A stretch of 64,000 bases of DNA from Eledone cirrhosa. Its lineage: Eukaryota. Below are positions 26,214 to 42,149 of this stretch, piece after piece. The stretch's first letter is position 1, and each line of letters begins with the position of its first letter. Location: positions 228,966,001-229,030,000 of the forward strand of contig OZ024741.1 of NCBI GenBank assembly GCA_964016885.1, given 5' to 3'. The position numbers and the translations under genes were made by a program. The notes below the pieces were generated by a model. The model was not told where the DNA came from. It searched no databases and was given only the letters and a program-made list of their open reading frames with translations.

Positions 26214-26490
26214 ATAAATGTAATCTGAGTTTTTCGAATATTAATAATAATATTCGATTCATTTGCAATTATGGAGACTCTTTTAAGCCATGTAAGTAGA
26301 ATGAGCCCTTCATTCTTGCTCTTGTGTTGACATGTAAACAGAACTGCAGACACTAATGTTTCTTGGTATTACCCTTCATCAGTACAGTTCACTGTTCACC
26401 TGTACAGTTCTGTAAAAAAGAGGCTGTTTGCATAATTACAAACGAATCGAATATTATTAGTAATATTCGAAAAACTCAGATTACATTTAT
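26214..26490. mobile_element. MITE-like element with ~65-bp inverted ends
   Basis: ATAAATGTAATCTGAGTTTTTCGAATATT... is inverted as ...AATATTCGAAAAACTCAGATTACATTTAT. Confidence 0.6.
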
Positions 26491-26514
26491 ATATATATAT
26501 ATATATATATATAT

Positions 26515-27119
26515 GGTGGCTGCCAACTCGTTTTCGAGTACGGCCACTGCTTTATATCCATGTAGGAGAACCCCTACCGATGCGCTGAACGAATGTGACT
26601 TTTTAGTCCAGCCAGCGACTTGAAAACTCTGGTACAAAGACTACACTTGTGACCATTATTGACACATAGTGCATCATATTGACCATGTGATGACAAGTGC
26701 AGAGAGATCTCCAGATATAAAGCAATGCCTGTGCTGTGAAGCTTTTATAGTGAGCAAAGGCACTGCACAAAGCCAGTCCCACTCTCTTAACCAAGATGAT
26801 ATTTACCAAAAAGAAGAACAAGTCAACATCATTGGATACCATCAGGGTTGCAGGTGTTATATCAGAGTTTTCCTTCTCCTAGAATTCTGCCTTGACAAAG
26901 GCTAAGGGGTCATCTCTCCCGGTGATTTTGGATGGCTATTGAGTCTTAAGAGCTCCCTTGCCCTTTGACAGGTTTTGTTTTTAGTCCTGCAGGATGTCCA
27001 AAGTCACCCTCCTCACCAAGAAACCTTGGTGGGGTTGCCAGTTTAGTCGCCAACGACCCGACCATGAGACAGGTTGTACTGGGATACATGTTACCAGTAG
27101 CACCAACTGGTGACCTGAC
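26515..27119 (-). mobile_element. Bipartite RTE-derived retroposon, copy 2
   Basis: Colinear with 7831-8438, same termini. Confidence 0.75.
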
Positions 27120-29061
<1,942 letters not shown>

Positions 29062-29066
29062 ATATA

Positions 29067-29569
29067 TCTATATATATAAAGTTGTAGTTCCTGTCTGTTT
29101 GTTTGTGTGTTTGTTCACAAACTCCTTCTATGATTTTGGAGATAGACCCCCATAACCATATATATTCTGAAACTACATTGCCCTGGGTACTTAGATAAGT
29201 ATATTTCATTTTAATCAAGGGGTTCCTGGGGGACACAAACCCCCGCTGAAAATGTTTCCCTTCGATTTATATGAAATTTAAACCATAGGTAAATGACAAG
29301 ATATGATGCCTATTCACAAAAGTTTTCAATTAATATTTTGAAAAAAAATATTTACAAGAAACAAAATAAGAATAAGTTTTAATAATGTAATTTTGATTTG
29401 ATATATTATAAAAAATAATGTTTTCCAATTTTTCATGCATTACATTTTCCATTGAGTAATATTGAAATGCAGAGTTTTTCTCCATAAATTATATCACTGA
29501 TTTAAAATCAATCATCATTTTCTTACAAAAAATGTGTGAAACGCAGCAAGGCGCGGGTAATTCGGCTAG
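29067..29569 (+). mobile_element. Non-autonomous Helitron
   Basis: 5' TCTATATATATAAA followed by TGTCTGTTTG repeats; 3' degenerate GC-rich hairpin (CGCAGCAAGGCGCGGG) then CTAG. Confidence 0.7.
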
Positions 29570-30502
29570 TCTATATATATAAAACTGAGGTTGTCTGTCT
29601 ACTAAAACGGTCGGCACACATCTCCTCCTAAACCGAACCTTCAAATTTCGGTGGAATTGCTACACTTATAGATGAAGGTCTGGTGGAGACATCGGTCAAA
29701 AAAAAATTTCAAATCAACCCACGCCAAGTGCAAAAATCGAATTTGTAATGTATTGATTTTTCAGTTCAAATGTATAAATAGAAATGAGAGACGAGTTATT
29801 TCCCTTTTATGGCATCATTTGTTTATCTATTTACGTTACCAACAAACTACGCGTGCAAAAGTACAAAAAATACACGAACAGTTTTCGGGCCAGCAAAATT
29901 TTAACCTGCAAAATTCACGAGTTCGAAGTTTCAACATTAAGCTTCCATTTTGCTTCATTTCCATTAAAAAAGTCTTTTAAAACAATATTTTTACTTGAAA
30001 ACAAGCCTATTTGAATACACCGTAAAACAAGCAAATATTTTGTAAAAAAAAGCATTGATCTATATATATAATCTATAATTGATCTATAATAAAGCCTTAT
30101 GAGATTTTCATTTAGAAGCAATGATTTTAAAAGACAGACAGTAAACGCTTTTTTTTTTTTTCATGTCCATCCAATTTCTTTGTTTCAAAATAACTGATAG
30201 TTTGGTTACGCTGATGTTTTTCTCTGAAACAAGTGTTGCAGTGTTTACATTTTCGATTTTTGTTAATAGATTACCAGTGCAGTTTTTATTCCCAGCATCC
30301 CCTTTTGTTTTAACATTCGGGTTATGGTTATGTTTTCTTAACTTCATAAGGCATACTGTTGGTTGAGGGAATATTAATCAGAAGTACCACATGAAAGTCT
30401 ACACTGTAGATTCTACAGTTTTTAAGCAAAGAAAGGAACTTAACATTGTAACTTTAACACAGCTGCTGAACATCTCCGAGCAACGCCGGGCTTTACTGCT
30501 AG
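29570..30502 (+). mobile_element. Non-autonomous Helitron (second family)
   Basis: 5' TCTATATATATAAAA...TGTCTGTC; 3' CCGAGCAACGCCGGG hairpin then CTAG-T. Confidence 0.75.
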
Positions 30503-31302
30503 TCTCATATACAGTTGACACAGTCCGAGGTCCGTAGGTCTCTCTATCGAACTATTAGTGGTATATAAATGATAAATTCAGAAAAATTAACAAAGAGAGG
30601 ACAAGACATCGAACGAAAACAAGGCAAAACGAAAAACAATTTTTTAAGGAGAACCATGAAAAATTGTTTTTTGAAAATAAAAATACAGACGAAAGACACA
30701 GAACTCCATGGTCATCGACCATTGAGATGGTCTTTGGCAGATTCGACTCCTACCAACGGTACTGCTGGTCCAGCTGGGGTCACAGCGTTTGACACAAGCC
30801 AAAGCGCTGTCCATTGGAATAAGAGACGAGAGACAAAACAATAAGTTATAACAATTAAGCTATGACAAGTAGACATAGAATTTTACGTGACGATACGGAA
30901 AATGTATTGTGCCTCTTATAGCACAAATGTCTCACGAGTGAAACAAAGGAGGTAAAGGAACGAAAAAAGGACAAGAAGAAAGTAAAATATCGTGTTAAAA
31001 AATGTGAGTTATTGAAATCAATGCGTGGAGAAGAAAGAACACGTTCGTCACAGATTAGTAATGATAAAGTTTAACAAAGAGAGGACAAGACACCGAACGA
31101 TAACAAGACAAAACGGAAAACAATGTTTTAATGGGAAAACCTTATAAAACATATAAAGAGGGTGTGGTAACATACCGGGGGGGGGGCATAACACACCAGA
31201 GTACTCAATACGTAGGGTAGTAGAATAGGTAATAGGAAAAGAGCCAGGACCCCGACGGCTATCGAAATGGCCGGGGCTCTGCCGTGGGGTCCTGACTCTT
31301 TT

Positions 31303-31354
<52 letters not shown>

Positions 31355-31561
31355 CAAGGGAAAACAAATAAAGAAAAAAATTTTAAATAAATTTCAAAAA
31401 ATTCACTGTACTTACCGTGCCTACTCACTGTGCCTTTACCGCGGTTTCAGATCCCAAAACAAATAAATAATCCAAGCGGATTATCTATTTGTTTTCTGGC
31501 ATACGGTCGGACTATACTTGTATCCCTATGTTTATTATTTACATGTAGGAACACATACTTT

Positions 31562-31597
<36 letters not shown>

Positions 31598-31718
31598 TTA
31601 TTAATTAAAATAACAGATTAAAGTTTAATAAATATTTGCTCTACGGTTCTTATATATTTCATATATATTTATCCTTATCGAGCCCTCTTTCGATTTTAGT
31701 CTTCAAATTTATTATTAT

Positions 31719-31787
<69 letters not shown>

Positions 31788-31909
31788 TGGGTGAAGGTGT
31801 GTGGCCTAATCGTTATGTAAAGGGCCCTTAACACTTGATCGAGATGGATGGGAACCATCCTGTCTCTCGGCGTCTCAGCGTCATCTTAAACTTGTTGGAG
31901 CCCATCCCA

Positions 31910-32200
31910 AAGGTGCTTGGTCGAGTGGTTAGGGTATTTGACTTACGAATATAATATCGGATGGACGATTCCTGGACCGGGTGGTGTGATGTGTTTTTGA
32001 CCAAAGCACTTCATTTCCCGTTTGTCCAGTATACTCAGCTGAAAACGAGTACCAGCAGTAGCTGGAGTTTTAACCCTGCGATGGAATGTTGCCATGTTCA
32101 GAGAAGCGTCTTGTACTCTAAACCGCTTAACGCCAAGGAAATCAGGATAAGCACCGGCCTAATGAACCTCCTGCTTTGAGGCAGAGTTTAGACTTATATA
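31910..32200 (+). mobile_element. Degenerate tRNA-derived SINE (family 2)
   Basis: TGGTCGAGTGGTTAGGGTATT head plus TCCAGTATACTCAGCTG core, similar to 44785-45105. Confidence 0.55.
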
Positions 32201-32750
32201 TACCTAGAATGTTTACTTGCCTTTCATGCTTATATATGAATTAATACAACTCTAAACGTATATATTTACACACACGTGCTCGCACATGCATCCGCATAGA
32301 AGCAGGTAATGTGTACATGTGAATTTATACACATTTATACGCACACATATACAAACGCAGAAAGTAGGATGGTTGTATGTGAGAGGGAACATGAGAGAAA
32401 GAGAATGAGTGAGATAGGGAGAGGATGAAATATATCAAGACGGAGAGAGAAAGGTAAACATGAGACAAGAGTGAAAAATAGAGTTGACTAAAAGAGAAAC
32501 AACACACTACTGACCTTTCTTACCAAACCTTCTCTACTATATACTTTATTTTATATCCCACTACCACTCTTTTAGAGTATTCAATCTTTCACTGTCCTCA
32601 TTATTGAATCCACTCTGTTTACACCCAGGGAGAGATTAGACTCTTAATTTTTAATGAAAATTTGACTGACCCTTTGAGTGGATTTCTGGTTTGTGTTCGG
32701 TATAAATACTGTTTACTCTAATTTTCTTCGCAGGTAGAATACTTAGGCAC

Positions 32751-32797
32751 TTGTCTTCTGAAGAACAGCAAATAAGCTGTGAAACTTGTAAAGACAA
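32751..32797 (+). ncRNA. Hammerhead family F, canonical minimal type I
   Basis: TTGTCTT CTGAAGA ACAGC aaataa GCTGT GAAAC TT GTA AAGACAA: 7-bp stem I, 5-bp stem II, intact core, GUA site. Confidence 0.9.
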
Positions 32798-32873
32798 TTA
32801 CAATGTATACAAAGAGAGTAATAGCTGTTTACGTTTTCTTATAGTTTAACATATAGATATACGCATTTTATGT

Positions 32874-32932
<59 letters not shown>

Positions 32933-33132
32933 AGTATGTGTGTATGTATGTGTATGTGAGTGTGTGTGTGTATGTGTGTGGGGGGGGGGGGCTTGTACAT
33001 ATTCATATTTTCATTTTGTTTTGCATACATGTATATATATATATAGCTGTTTCTTGATTTTCATCACACGCCAGCAGGAATATTCTATTTATTTATTTTA
33101 TCTATATTTGTATATATGTCGTGCGTACGTAC

Positions 33133-33252
<120 letters not shown>

Positions 33253-33285
33253 TACATGAATCAAAGTTCTGTTTAAATCATTTAT

Positions 33286-33334
33286 TTGCTTACAATTGTT
33301 TCTTCCAAACCGAGGTTTGGATTCTTCGGAGCAA
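33286..33334 (-). ncRNA. Hammerhead family D
   Basis: Reverse complement: TTGCT CCGAAGA A TCCAAAC ctcg GTTTGGA A GAAAC AATT GTA AGCAA. Confidence 0.78.
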
Positions 33335-34980
33335 TATTTCAATGATTTTTTACATACTTGACCTCCTTTCCAACACAAGAGAATATAGAAACATATGTAT
33401 ATATTGATGCCCAGTTGGTTGACATCCATTATAATATATAGCATGGTAATTTACATACAAAGATTAAAGTCATATTAAAGGACAAAATTAAAGTTAAAAT
33501 ACAACATTGGCAGTTTACAAAGATAAAGCAAGAGGATAGTTTGAAGTAGTTAGCGTATGCAATAGTTACACGTGGGGCATGCACGTGTGTCTTATTTATA
33601 TAAGATTATAGTGCGGCAGGGTGTTACAAGTAATACAAGCAGTTTAAGCGGGGAATCAAGAATATTATGGGGGTTGTATTGGTAAAGTATTTTTTTATAT
33701 ATATATGTATGATATAGAAGCTTGTGTGTAGAGAAATGCCAAAAATATTAAAAGTATTAAAAGCGAGAAGCAAAACAACGCCACGGTCCTCGCATACACC
33801 ACCATTTTCACAATCCAGGAAACGCAATTTATAGATTATATGTCCCTTACACAATCCACAATTTCTATATTGAATTTTTTATAGTCTATAAGTAGAAGTG
33901 CATCATCGCGGTACAAACCACCGTTGAGGTATGGAAGGTCCTTATGGATTTCGTTAAGTAAATATAGGCCGACCAAATCAGTGACCTGCGCCGAGTTACT
34001 AGATCCCATGGTTATGTCGAAGTTGTTTTCCGTATCTTTGCGGGTCCATAATTGGTCTTCAAATGTGATTACTGTTTTACGGGCCGCAAGTATGACATCA
34101 ATCTGGGGTCTAGTCAGGTCACTATTGTCCATGGCCATGATAAGTGCCTTATTTAATAGGATAGGGGAAATAGAGGTGTAGTATGAATTGATATCAAATT
34201 GAATAAATTTGTTATCCTTCTTATCCTTGATATCTTTGAACCATTCAATCACTTCACCCGTATTTCCCCATTGTTTAAGGTATATCTTGTGTTTAATCTG
34301 TGGGATGATTTTATCTAAAATTTTCTTACTGATAATGCCAATGTCAGACTTGGAAGGGCAGATAAGTCTAATCGAGGGGTTGCTAATGAAGTCCTCCTTA
34401 TGGTCCTTCAGAGAGAATCTAGAGAATCTAGAGAACAACAAGTTGAATCATCGTGGATTGTATAAGGGACATATAATCTATAAATTGCGTTTCCTGGATT
34501 GTGAAAATGGTGGTGTATGCAAGGACCGTGGCGTTGTTTTGCTTCTCGTTTTTAATACTTTTAATATTTTTGACATTTCTCTACACACAAGCTTCTATAT
34601 CATGCATATATATATAAAAAAAATACTTTACCAATACAACCCCCATAATACTCTTGATTGCCCGCTTAAACTGCTTGTATTACATGTAACACCCTGCCGC
34701 ACTATAATCTTATATAAATAAGACACACGTGCATGCCCCACGTGTAACTACTGCATACACTAACTACTTCAAACTATCCTCTTGCTTTATCTTTGTAAAC
34801 TGCCAATGTTGTATTTTAACTTTAATTTTGTCCTTTAATATGACTTTAATCTTTTATGTAAATTGCCATGCTATATTATTATATTGGATGTCAACCCACT
34901 GGGCATCAATATATACATATGTTTCTATATGTCTCTTGTGTTAGAAAGGAGGTCAAGTATGTAAAAAAATCATTGAAATA

Positions 34981-35029
34981 TTGCTCCGAAGAATCCAAAC
35001 CTCGGTTTGGAAGAAACAATTGTAAGCAA
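34981..35029 (+). ncRNA. Hammerhead family D
   Basis: Same motif as 33286-33334, on the opposite strand. Confidence 0.78.
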
Positions 35030-35228
35030 ATAAATGATTTAAACAGAACTTTGATTCATGTAATTTCTATATAACTGCTCTGTAGAACTACTGATGTTGT
35101 TACATTGAGCTATTTATCTTACTGGTAAGAAGGTAGTAATAAATTAGTGTCTTTCACTATTTAGGGTTTTAAATATATATAACTATAAAAGGTTTTAGTA
35201 TATACATAACCATAAATAGTATCCTTAA

Positions 35229-35834
<606 letters not shown>

Positions 35835-36288
35835 TTATGTAATAAACAACATAAGGTAATTATTTCATTTACCATCTTGAAGACAGATGTTGTGTCTGTC
35901 TTCAGTCGCCAGAATGAATAAAAAACATGGTGTTTTATTAAATATGGATTTGAAAACAAAATTTACGAAAATATGAAAGTGAGGCTGAAAAAAACGGGCG
36001 AAAAGGAAATAGGGGAAAAAAATAAAAAATATATATATAAAAAAATATAAATATCCAGAACGTAAACATACACACACACAACTACGCGCATATACCTAAT
36101 AGTTCGTAGACGTATACTTTTTCACATAAGCGTATTTGCGTCTACAAAAAAATACGAACAGGAACATAAATACATACACATACATATACACAGATATATA
36201 TGCACTCACAAATCGGGAAGTAGTAAGGAAGCAAAACAGGAATTACTAAATAAATAAATAAGAACATATGAACAAAAAATACAAAAAA

Positions 36289-36345
<57 letters not shown>

Positions 36346-37087
36346 CCCGCTTGTGTGTATTTCTATGGATTATATACAAGTTTCTACATAACTTGGACAT
36401 TATTTATCCCAACTTGTAGAAATCTTATAACGAAACGATCGTATGGAAAGAAAGAGAGCTTTATTTAATTATGTCTCATATAAAATAATACAACCAATTT
36501 TCCACGGAATACTATATAGTTAGCACCCCAAACACTTAATCGGGATTATACTTAGGTATATCCTAATGTATGTTGAGTGAGATGGAGTTCGTCAGAGTAT
36601 CGCTTAAAACTTTCTCTGTTAATGTATTAAATATTATACTCTTGGATGGCCAGATATGAAAATTCCAGATATTTAGGTATGACTTTCTTTTTTTATTCTT
36701 TATATGAAATATTGATTGCATTTTCCTGTATCTCATGTCTGATATTTTTTGCCTGAGAAAATACCTATATGTGTGTATAGATAGTACATAAATATATTTA
36801 TTTTTTTTTTTAATATCTCTATGTGTGTATAGATGGTACATACATATATTTATTTTTTTAATATCCAATTGAGTTCTTAAAAACGTGGTTAAAATACCTA
36901 ACAGGCTTCAATGACCAGCGTGCATATTATTTTATATTTTACGATGACCTCGCCTTTTGGGGACAGTGTGAATTTTCTTTTTGAAGGACTACTGGCTTTT
37001 CAAATTTAGCTGCCTTTCTAGCACTGACAGACACCATCACTAATTATTAATATCGATGTAATTTTTTATATCGATATTGCATGGGCA

Positions 37088-37210
37088 TCCACTGATGAGT
37101 TATAAGGGCCCGCTTGTGTGTATATCTATAGATTATATACAAGTTTCTACATAACTTGGACATTATTTATCCCAACTTGTAGAAATCTTATAACGAAACG
37201 ATCGTATGGA
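37088..37210 (+). ncRNA. Hammerhead family G with branched stem II insertion
   Basis: TCCA CTGATGA GTTATAAG-(~80 nt, two hairpins)-CTTATAAC GAAAC GATC GTA TGGA. Confidence 0.88.
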
Positions 37211-37252
37211 AAGAAAGAGAGATTTATTTAATTATGTCTCATATAAAATAAT

Positions 37253-37439
37253 TGTTTCTACTTTTGGCACAAGGCCAGCAATTATCCAGTACATTACTGG
37301 TACTTTATTTTATCGACCCCGTAAGGATGAAAGGCAAAGTTAACCTCGGCGGAATTTGAACTCAGACCATAAAGGGCCGTAACTCTTTGCTGCAAAGCCT
37401 GGCGTCAGACCCTCTACCGATACTGCCAATCCACCACCA
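37253..37439 (-). mobile_element. Full-length tRNA-derived SINE (family 1) with ~20-bp target-site duplication (TSD)
   Basis: A-box-like TGGCAGTATCGG and B box GAGTTCAAATTCC. TSD TATGTCTCATATAAAATAAT on both sides; the empty site is visible at ~36470. Confidence 0.92.
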
Positions 37440-37597
37440 TATGTCTCATATAAAATAATACAACCAATTTTCCATGGAATACTATATAGTTAGCACCGCA
37501 AACAGTTAATTTGGATTATACTTAGGTATATCCTAATGTTTGTTGAGTGAGATGAAGTTGGTCAGAGTATCGCTTAAAGCTTTCTATGTTAATGTAT

Positions 37598-37668
<71 letters not shown>

Positions 37669-39533
37669 GTACATATATATATACATACATACAAACATGC
37701 ATACATAATCACACACACACACACACACATACATATATATATGTATATTAATCCTATGTACGTGTGTGTGTGCATAAGTGAGGTAGTGCCGGTGTTTTGT
37801 TTTCTGCTTTTGTTATAACCCTATTCTGTCTTCGGTCACGTTTGTGTTTTATATGTAGACACTGTTTATACAGGGCTTATCAAATATGCATAACCTTTCA
37901 CGTGTGCGTGTATACATGTATGTGTGTGTGTGTGTGTTTGTGTGTGTGTGTTTAGATAGTTCATATGTGTGTGCTTAATAGTTCCTATTTTCAATATGCT
38001 AGTATTAAAAAAAATTATAATCTATCTATTTATTACTCCATTTCATTCCATCTCTACTTGTTAGTCTTTCTCACTTTCCCTTCACTATCTGTATACGCAC
38101 ACATGCACTCACACAGACAGACACACATACACACACATACAGTACATATATGCTTGAGTGTGTATGAATGCGTTTAGATAGATAGACAGATAAATAGAGA
38201 GAGAGAGAGAGCTTGCTTAGATAAAGATAGAGAGATACTAATTAGAAAAGAGGGCTCCAGTTACATGTAAACCTACACACATACATATAGTTCTTTTTCG
38301 GATATTGAGTGTATTTATGTCTTCAAACTTGTTGAATATTGGTGGAACATTCCCATCTATACCTTCGCTAAATGCAAACACAATAAGATTGAGATTGTTA
38401 TATGGGATTTCAATAAAGGTTATCTATCTTGGAGTAATCAGCCGTCCAAGGAATACGAAAATTTGATCGCAAGTTATTTTAGAAGGAGAGTAATTATTTC
38501 CAAACTGCTTCAAAATCTACAATCTCCTTACCCTGGTTAAATGGATCCTCCGTCGGTTCCGACGATGATCATTTTGCTGTTCGACCAACTGAACATTCTT
38601 TTTGTAATTAGCGTGCAAGTGACTAGCTATTTCACAGCCACGTGTACCCATATTATCATTCCTAAGTGGAATCGGTGAGGCAAAATATGTGCCAAGACTG
38701 AGCCTTTGAATTACTGATAGTTGTGTTAAAGAGAGTGCCGTATAAAATTCACTACGCAAAAATAGGAACAGTCGCTTCAGCAGGCTTTTGTACAGTTTTC
38801 GTCTACCCATTTCTACACATATGGCTTGTGTTGTCATGAAGCTATGGAAAAGAAACTCACCTAAGATATCGTGCACCGGTATTGAAGACATAACTTCATA
38901 ATTTGAAAGCAGACTTCTTAAATATTATGCCTGAGCCCATGCCATACATTTACAGTTATACCCACAATCGTTGGTTAGGTTATTATGTTTTCATTAATAA
39001 AGCTGGAATTTTTAGAGAAACAAATTGAATTCGCAAATTTAATCTGTAAATGGATCAGTAAAAATATGCAAGGCTTTTCTAAAATTTAACAACATAATGT
39101 CTAAATTCCAACGAATAGTGTTCATTTCTTAATTGTAAAACAATCCCTTCTTTATTGAATGTATTCAAATAATTAAAATAGAAGTATAACTTAAATACAT
39201 ACTTATATACATACTCATTTAAATGTATGCATATATTTACATATATATGTATGCGTGTCTGTGTATTATTTATATATTTAGAGAGAGAGAGACATATATA
39301 TTTAGATGGGGAGACATTGTCCCAAAATTAACATCTGACATGTTTTTTTGTTTTGTTCTGTTTTTTTTTCTTTTCCTTTCTCTATTAGCTTATGACCACC
39401 ATTTTCGTCTTACTTCTTACTAATTGCTGCCATCTTATTTTTTTTTTATTATACCGTTTATATATAGAAATAAATAAACAGACTAAATAAAGATGGCGTA
39501 GGTATACAATGCAACGGGAGGAAACATAATAGC

Positions 39534-39575
39534 ACCACTGACGATGTTGCAGATGTGCAACGAAAGAACTTTGTT
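39534..39575 (+). ncRNA. Degenerate hammerhead-like motif (family J)
   Basis: ACCA CTGACGA T GTTGCA gatg TGCAAC GAAA GAACTT TGTT; stems I and III are weak. Confidence 0.4.
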
Positions 39576-39773
39576 AGACTATATATATGTGTTTGTGTCT
39601 AGATTGCATCTGTATTTTTGACCGTTGGTCAGTCAATGGCAACATTGAGGAACGAATAAATTAAATTAACCGATATAAATGACACAGAAGCGAAAACAAG
39701 CAAACAGTGAGTGTGTTCTGTTATTAATTCTGGCAATATTATTACATAAATATGACCCTCCCCAAGTATAACA

Positions 39774-39833
<60 letters not shown>

Positions 39834-39938
39834 ACATATATATATATATATATATAAATAATAATATATATATATATCATTTTATTTTATTGTGTAATAT
39901 AGTATAATATAATATATTACAATATAAAATAATATAAT

Positions 39939-40503
39939 TGTTTCTACTTTTGGCACAAGACCAGCAATTACCAGTACATTACTGGTACTTTATTTTGTCG
40001 ACCCAATAAGGATGAAAGGAAAAGTTAACCTCGGCGAGATTTGAACTCAGTCCGTAAAGGGGCGTAACTATGCTGCAAAGCATGGTGTCCGACCCTCCAG
40101 GGAAACTGCCAATCAACCACAATATAAAATAATATAATATAATTTAATTTGATATAATATAACATAATATAGTTGTCAACTAGCAATAACCACACCTCAG
40201 ATAACCCTCATTTGTACCGCATCTGCACAAATAATTGTTTCTACGTTAGGCACAAGGCCAGCAATTACCCAGTGCATTACTGGTACTTTATTTTATCGAC
40301 CCCGTAAGGATGAAAGGCAAAGTCAACCTCGGCGGGATTTGAACTCAGATCGTAAAGGGACGTAACTATGCTGGAAAGCATGGCGTCCGAATATCATATA
40401 AATATAATATAATTGTTTCTACTTTTGGCACAAGGCCAGCAATACCCAGTGTATTACTGGTACTTTATTTTATCGACCCCATAAGGATTAAAGGCAAAGT
40501 TAA
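39939..40503 (-). mobile_element. Three SINE family 1 copies (39939-40119 with TSD, 40235-40390, 40413-40503)
   Basis: Each begins TGTTTCTAC.TT.GGCACAAG on the + strand. The first is flanked by duplicated ACAATATAAAATAATATAAT. Confidence 0.88.
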
Positions 40504-42149
40504 TCATATAAATATAATATAATATAATGTCATATGTTATAATAAAACTACATTTATAACCCAATATGGAGAATATGACAAAGGAGAAATTAAGGCACCA
40601 CTCAAAACCTGGGTAGTCCTTAACACAACAGCAAAAACCATAAGATATTTCCTTCAGCACTCTACCGTTTTTTGCCTGACAGCATTCCAGTTCTTTCTTT
40701 CTGCCGTCAGTTTATAAACGAAACTTTAGAGAGTAGACTGTTCAATCACACCAAACTCACCAATTCTAGCTATCTTAAATGCTTTTTATACAATTTCACT
40801 GCAGCTACTGTTACAGTTGTTGGTGGCAGTGTTGCCGTTTGTTGTTGTTAGTGGTGGTGGTGGTGGTGGTGGTGTTTTAGACGCAGGTAACCATCGATAA
40901 TTTGAAATGCATTAGGATGTGATTTGAGGGAGAATTTGCTGCTATTCCTAGCAAGTCGGACGACCAGTTATTATTTAGTCGCATATCAGCCATTATTAAA
41001 GACATTCCAACCGTGAGTATTCAGAGATTTTAAGGTTATCTGGGATAGAAGTTAATGCGTCCTTCCTTTTTAAATACGCTAGTGCGTGATCTATTGGAGA
41101 ATTGGCTACCTATTCTAGCAAGTTCAAAGACACCGTATGGGGTCATATGCTTTAGTTGTTGTTGTCCGGGTTAGCTCTAATTGGACAGACATATAAGAAA
41201 CCATATCCTAGTCGTAACCATCGCGAATTTGGTGTGATATCTAAGACTTTATTCTCTATTTGCTGTCGCTGATAATTCTAACAAGTCGAGTTACTATATA
41301 GAAAGCTCCTGGTTTCGTAGTATTGTTAGCTGTACAGTGTTAGTAACAATAAAAGTTTTGAGAAATGGTCAAGTGTATTTCACAAGTAGTCAGTGTTTCA
41401 TTTAATGGGTGTGTGGTGGTTACCTAAGTGGACAATACATACTATTGATGCTGTTATTGAGACGTGTGTGTTGCCTCTGTATACAATGTGTGTGTGTGTG
41501 TGTGTGTGTGTATGTTTGTATCTACTTCTATGTCTTTGTGCCGTAATGCTAGATACATGGGAGTGTAATAGAATATTAGAAAGGGTGGTAGTTTGTTCAG
41601 TGGTGGGGATTGAAAGTATTTTGACTAGAGATAGATCCCTAAACGCTGAGATCCATTCCAAATGGACCGCAGGCTTGAACACACAGACCTGATATTAAAG
41701 TTATGCTCAGAAATAAGCGTCAATGCCAGATTATTGATGCTACCACAGACCTGTCAACCTTTAAAAACCCAAACGGAAAGTACTATGTAAAAAAAGGGCC
41801 CCAATACTGGGAGAAATGAGGCAAAATGGAGAGATATACCCATTTTCACAAGAGAAGACATCTCTCATCCACCCCAAAGTGGGTGGGAGGTCTCACCTTC
41901 GGGCGGGGAGAGTAGACAGGTATGCGTTACCACCCCAGACGAGCAAAACATAGCTTCGAAAGGAATTGGAAAATAATGCAAAATATTATTAATAATATAA
42001 TATTTTAAAGTATTTCTTTCAACCTCTATTGGTTATTTTTCTTGATTTCTCATAATGCAAGGTGTATTGCTGAAAATTATAGGTTCAGTCTGCATAAAAT
42101 CATCTTGAAGATCAAAATTGTGCGAATGTGCTTAATACTACCTAACAAC

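Larger units (their letters stand above)
36341..37600 (+). mobile_element. Non-coding partially tandem (pseudo-LTR/retrozyme-like) unit carrying HHR family G
   Basis: 36341-36635 is directly repeated at 37105-37600, where a SINE interrupts it. The first copy is 5'-truncated inside the HHR. Confidence 0.75.
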
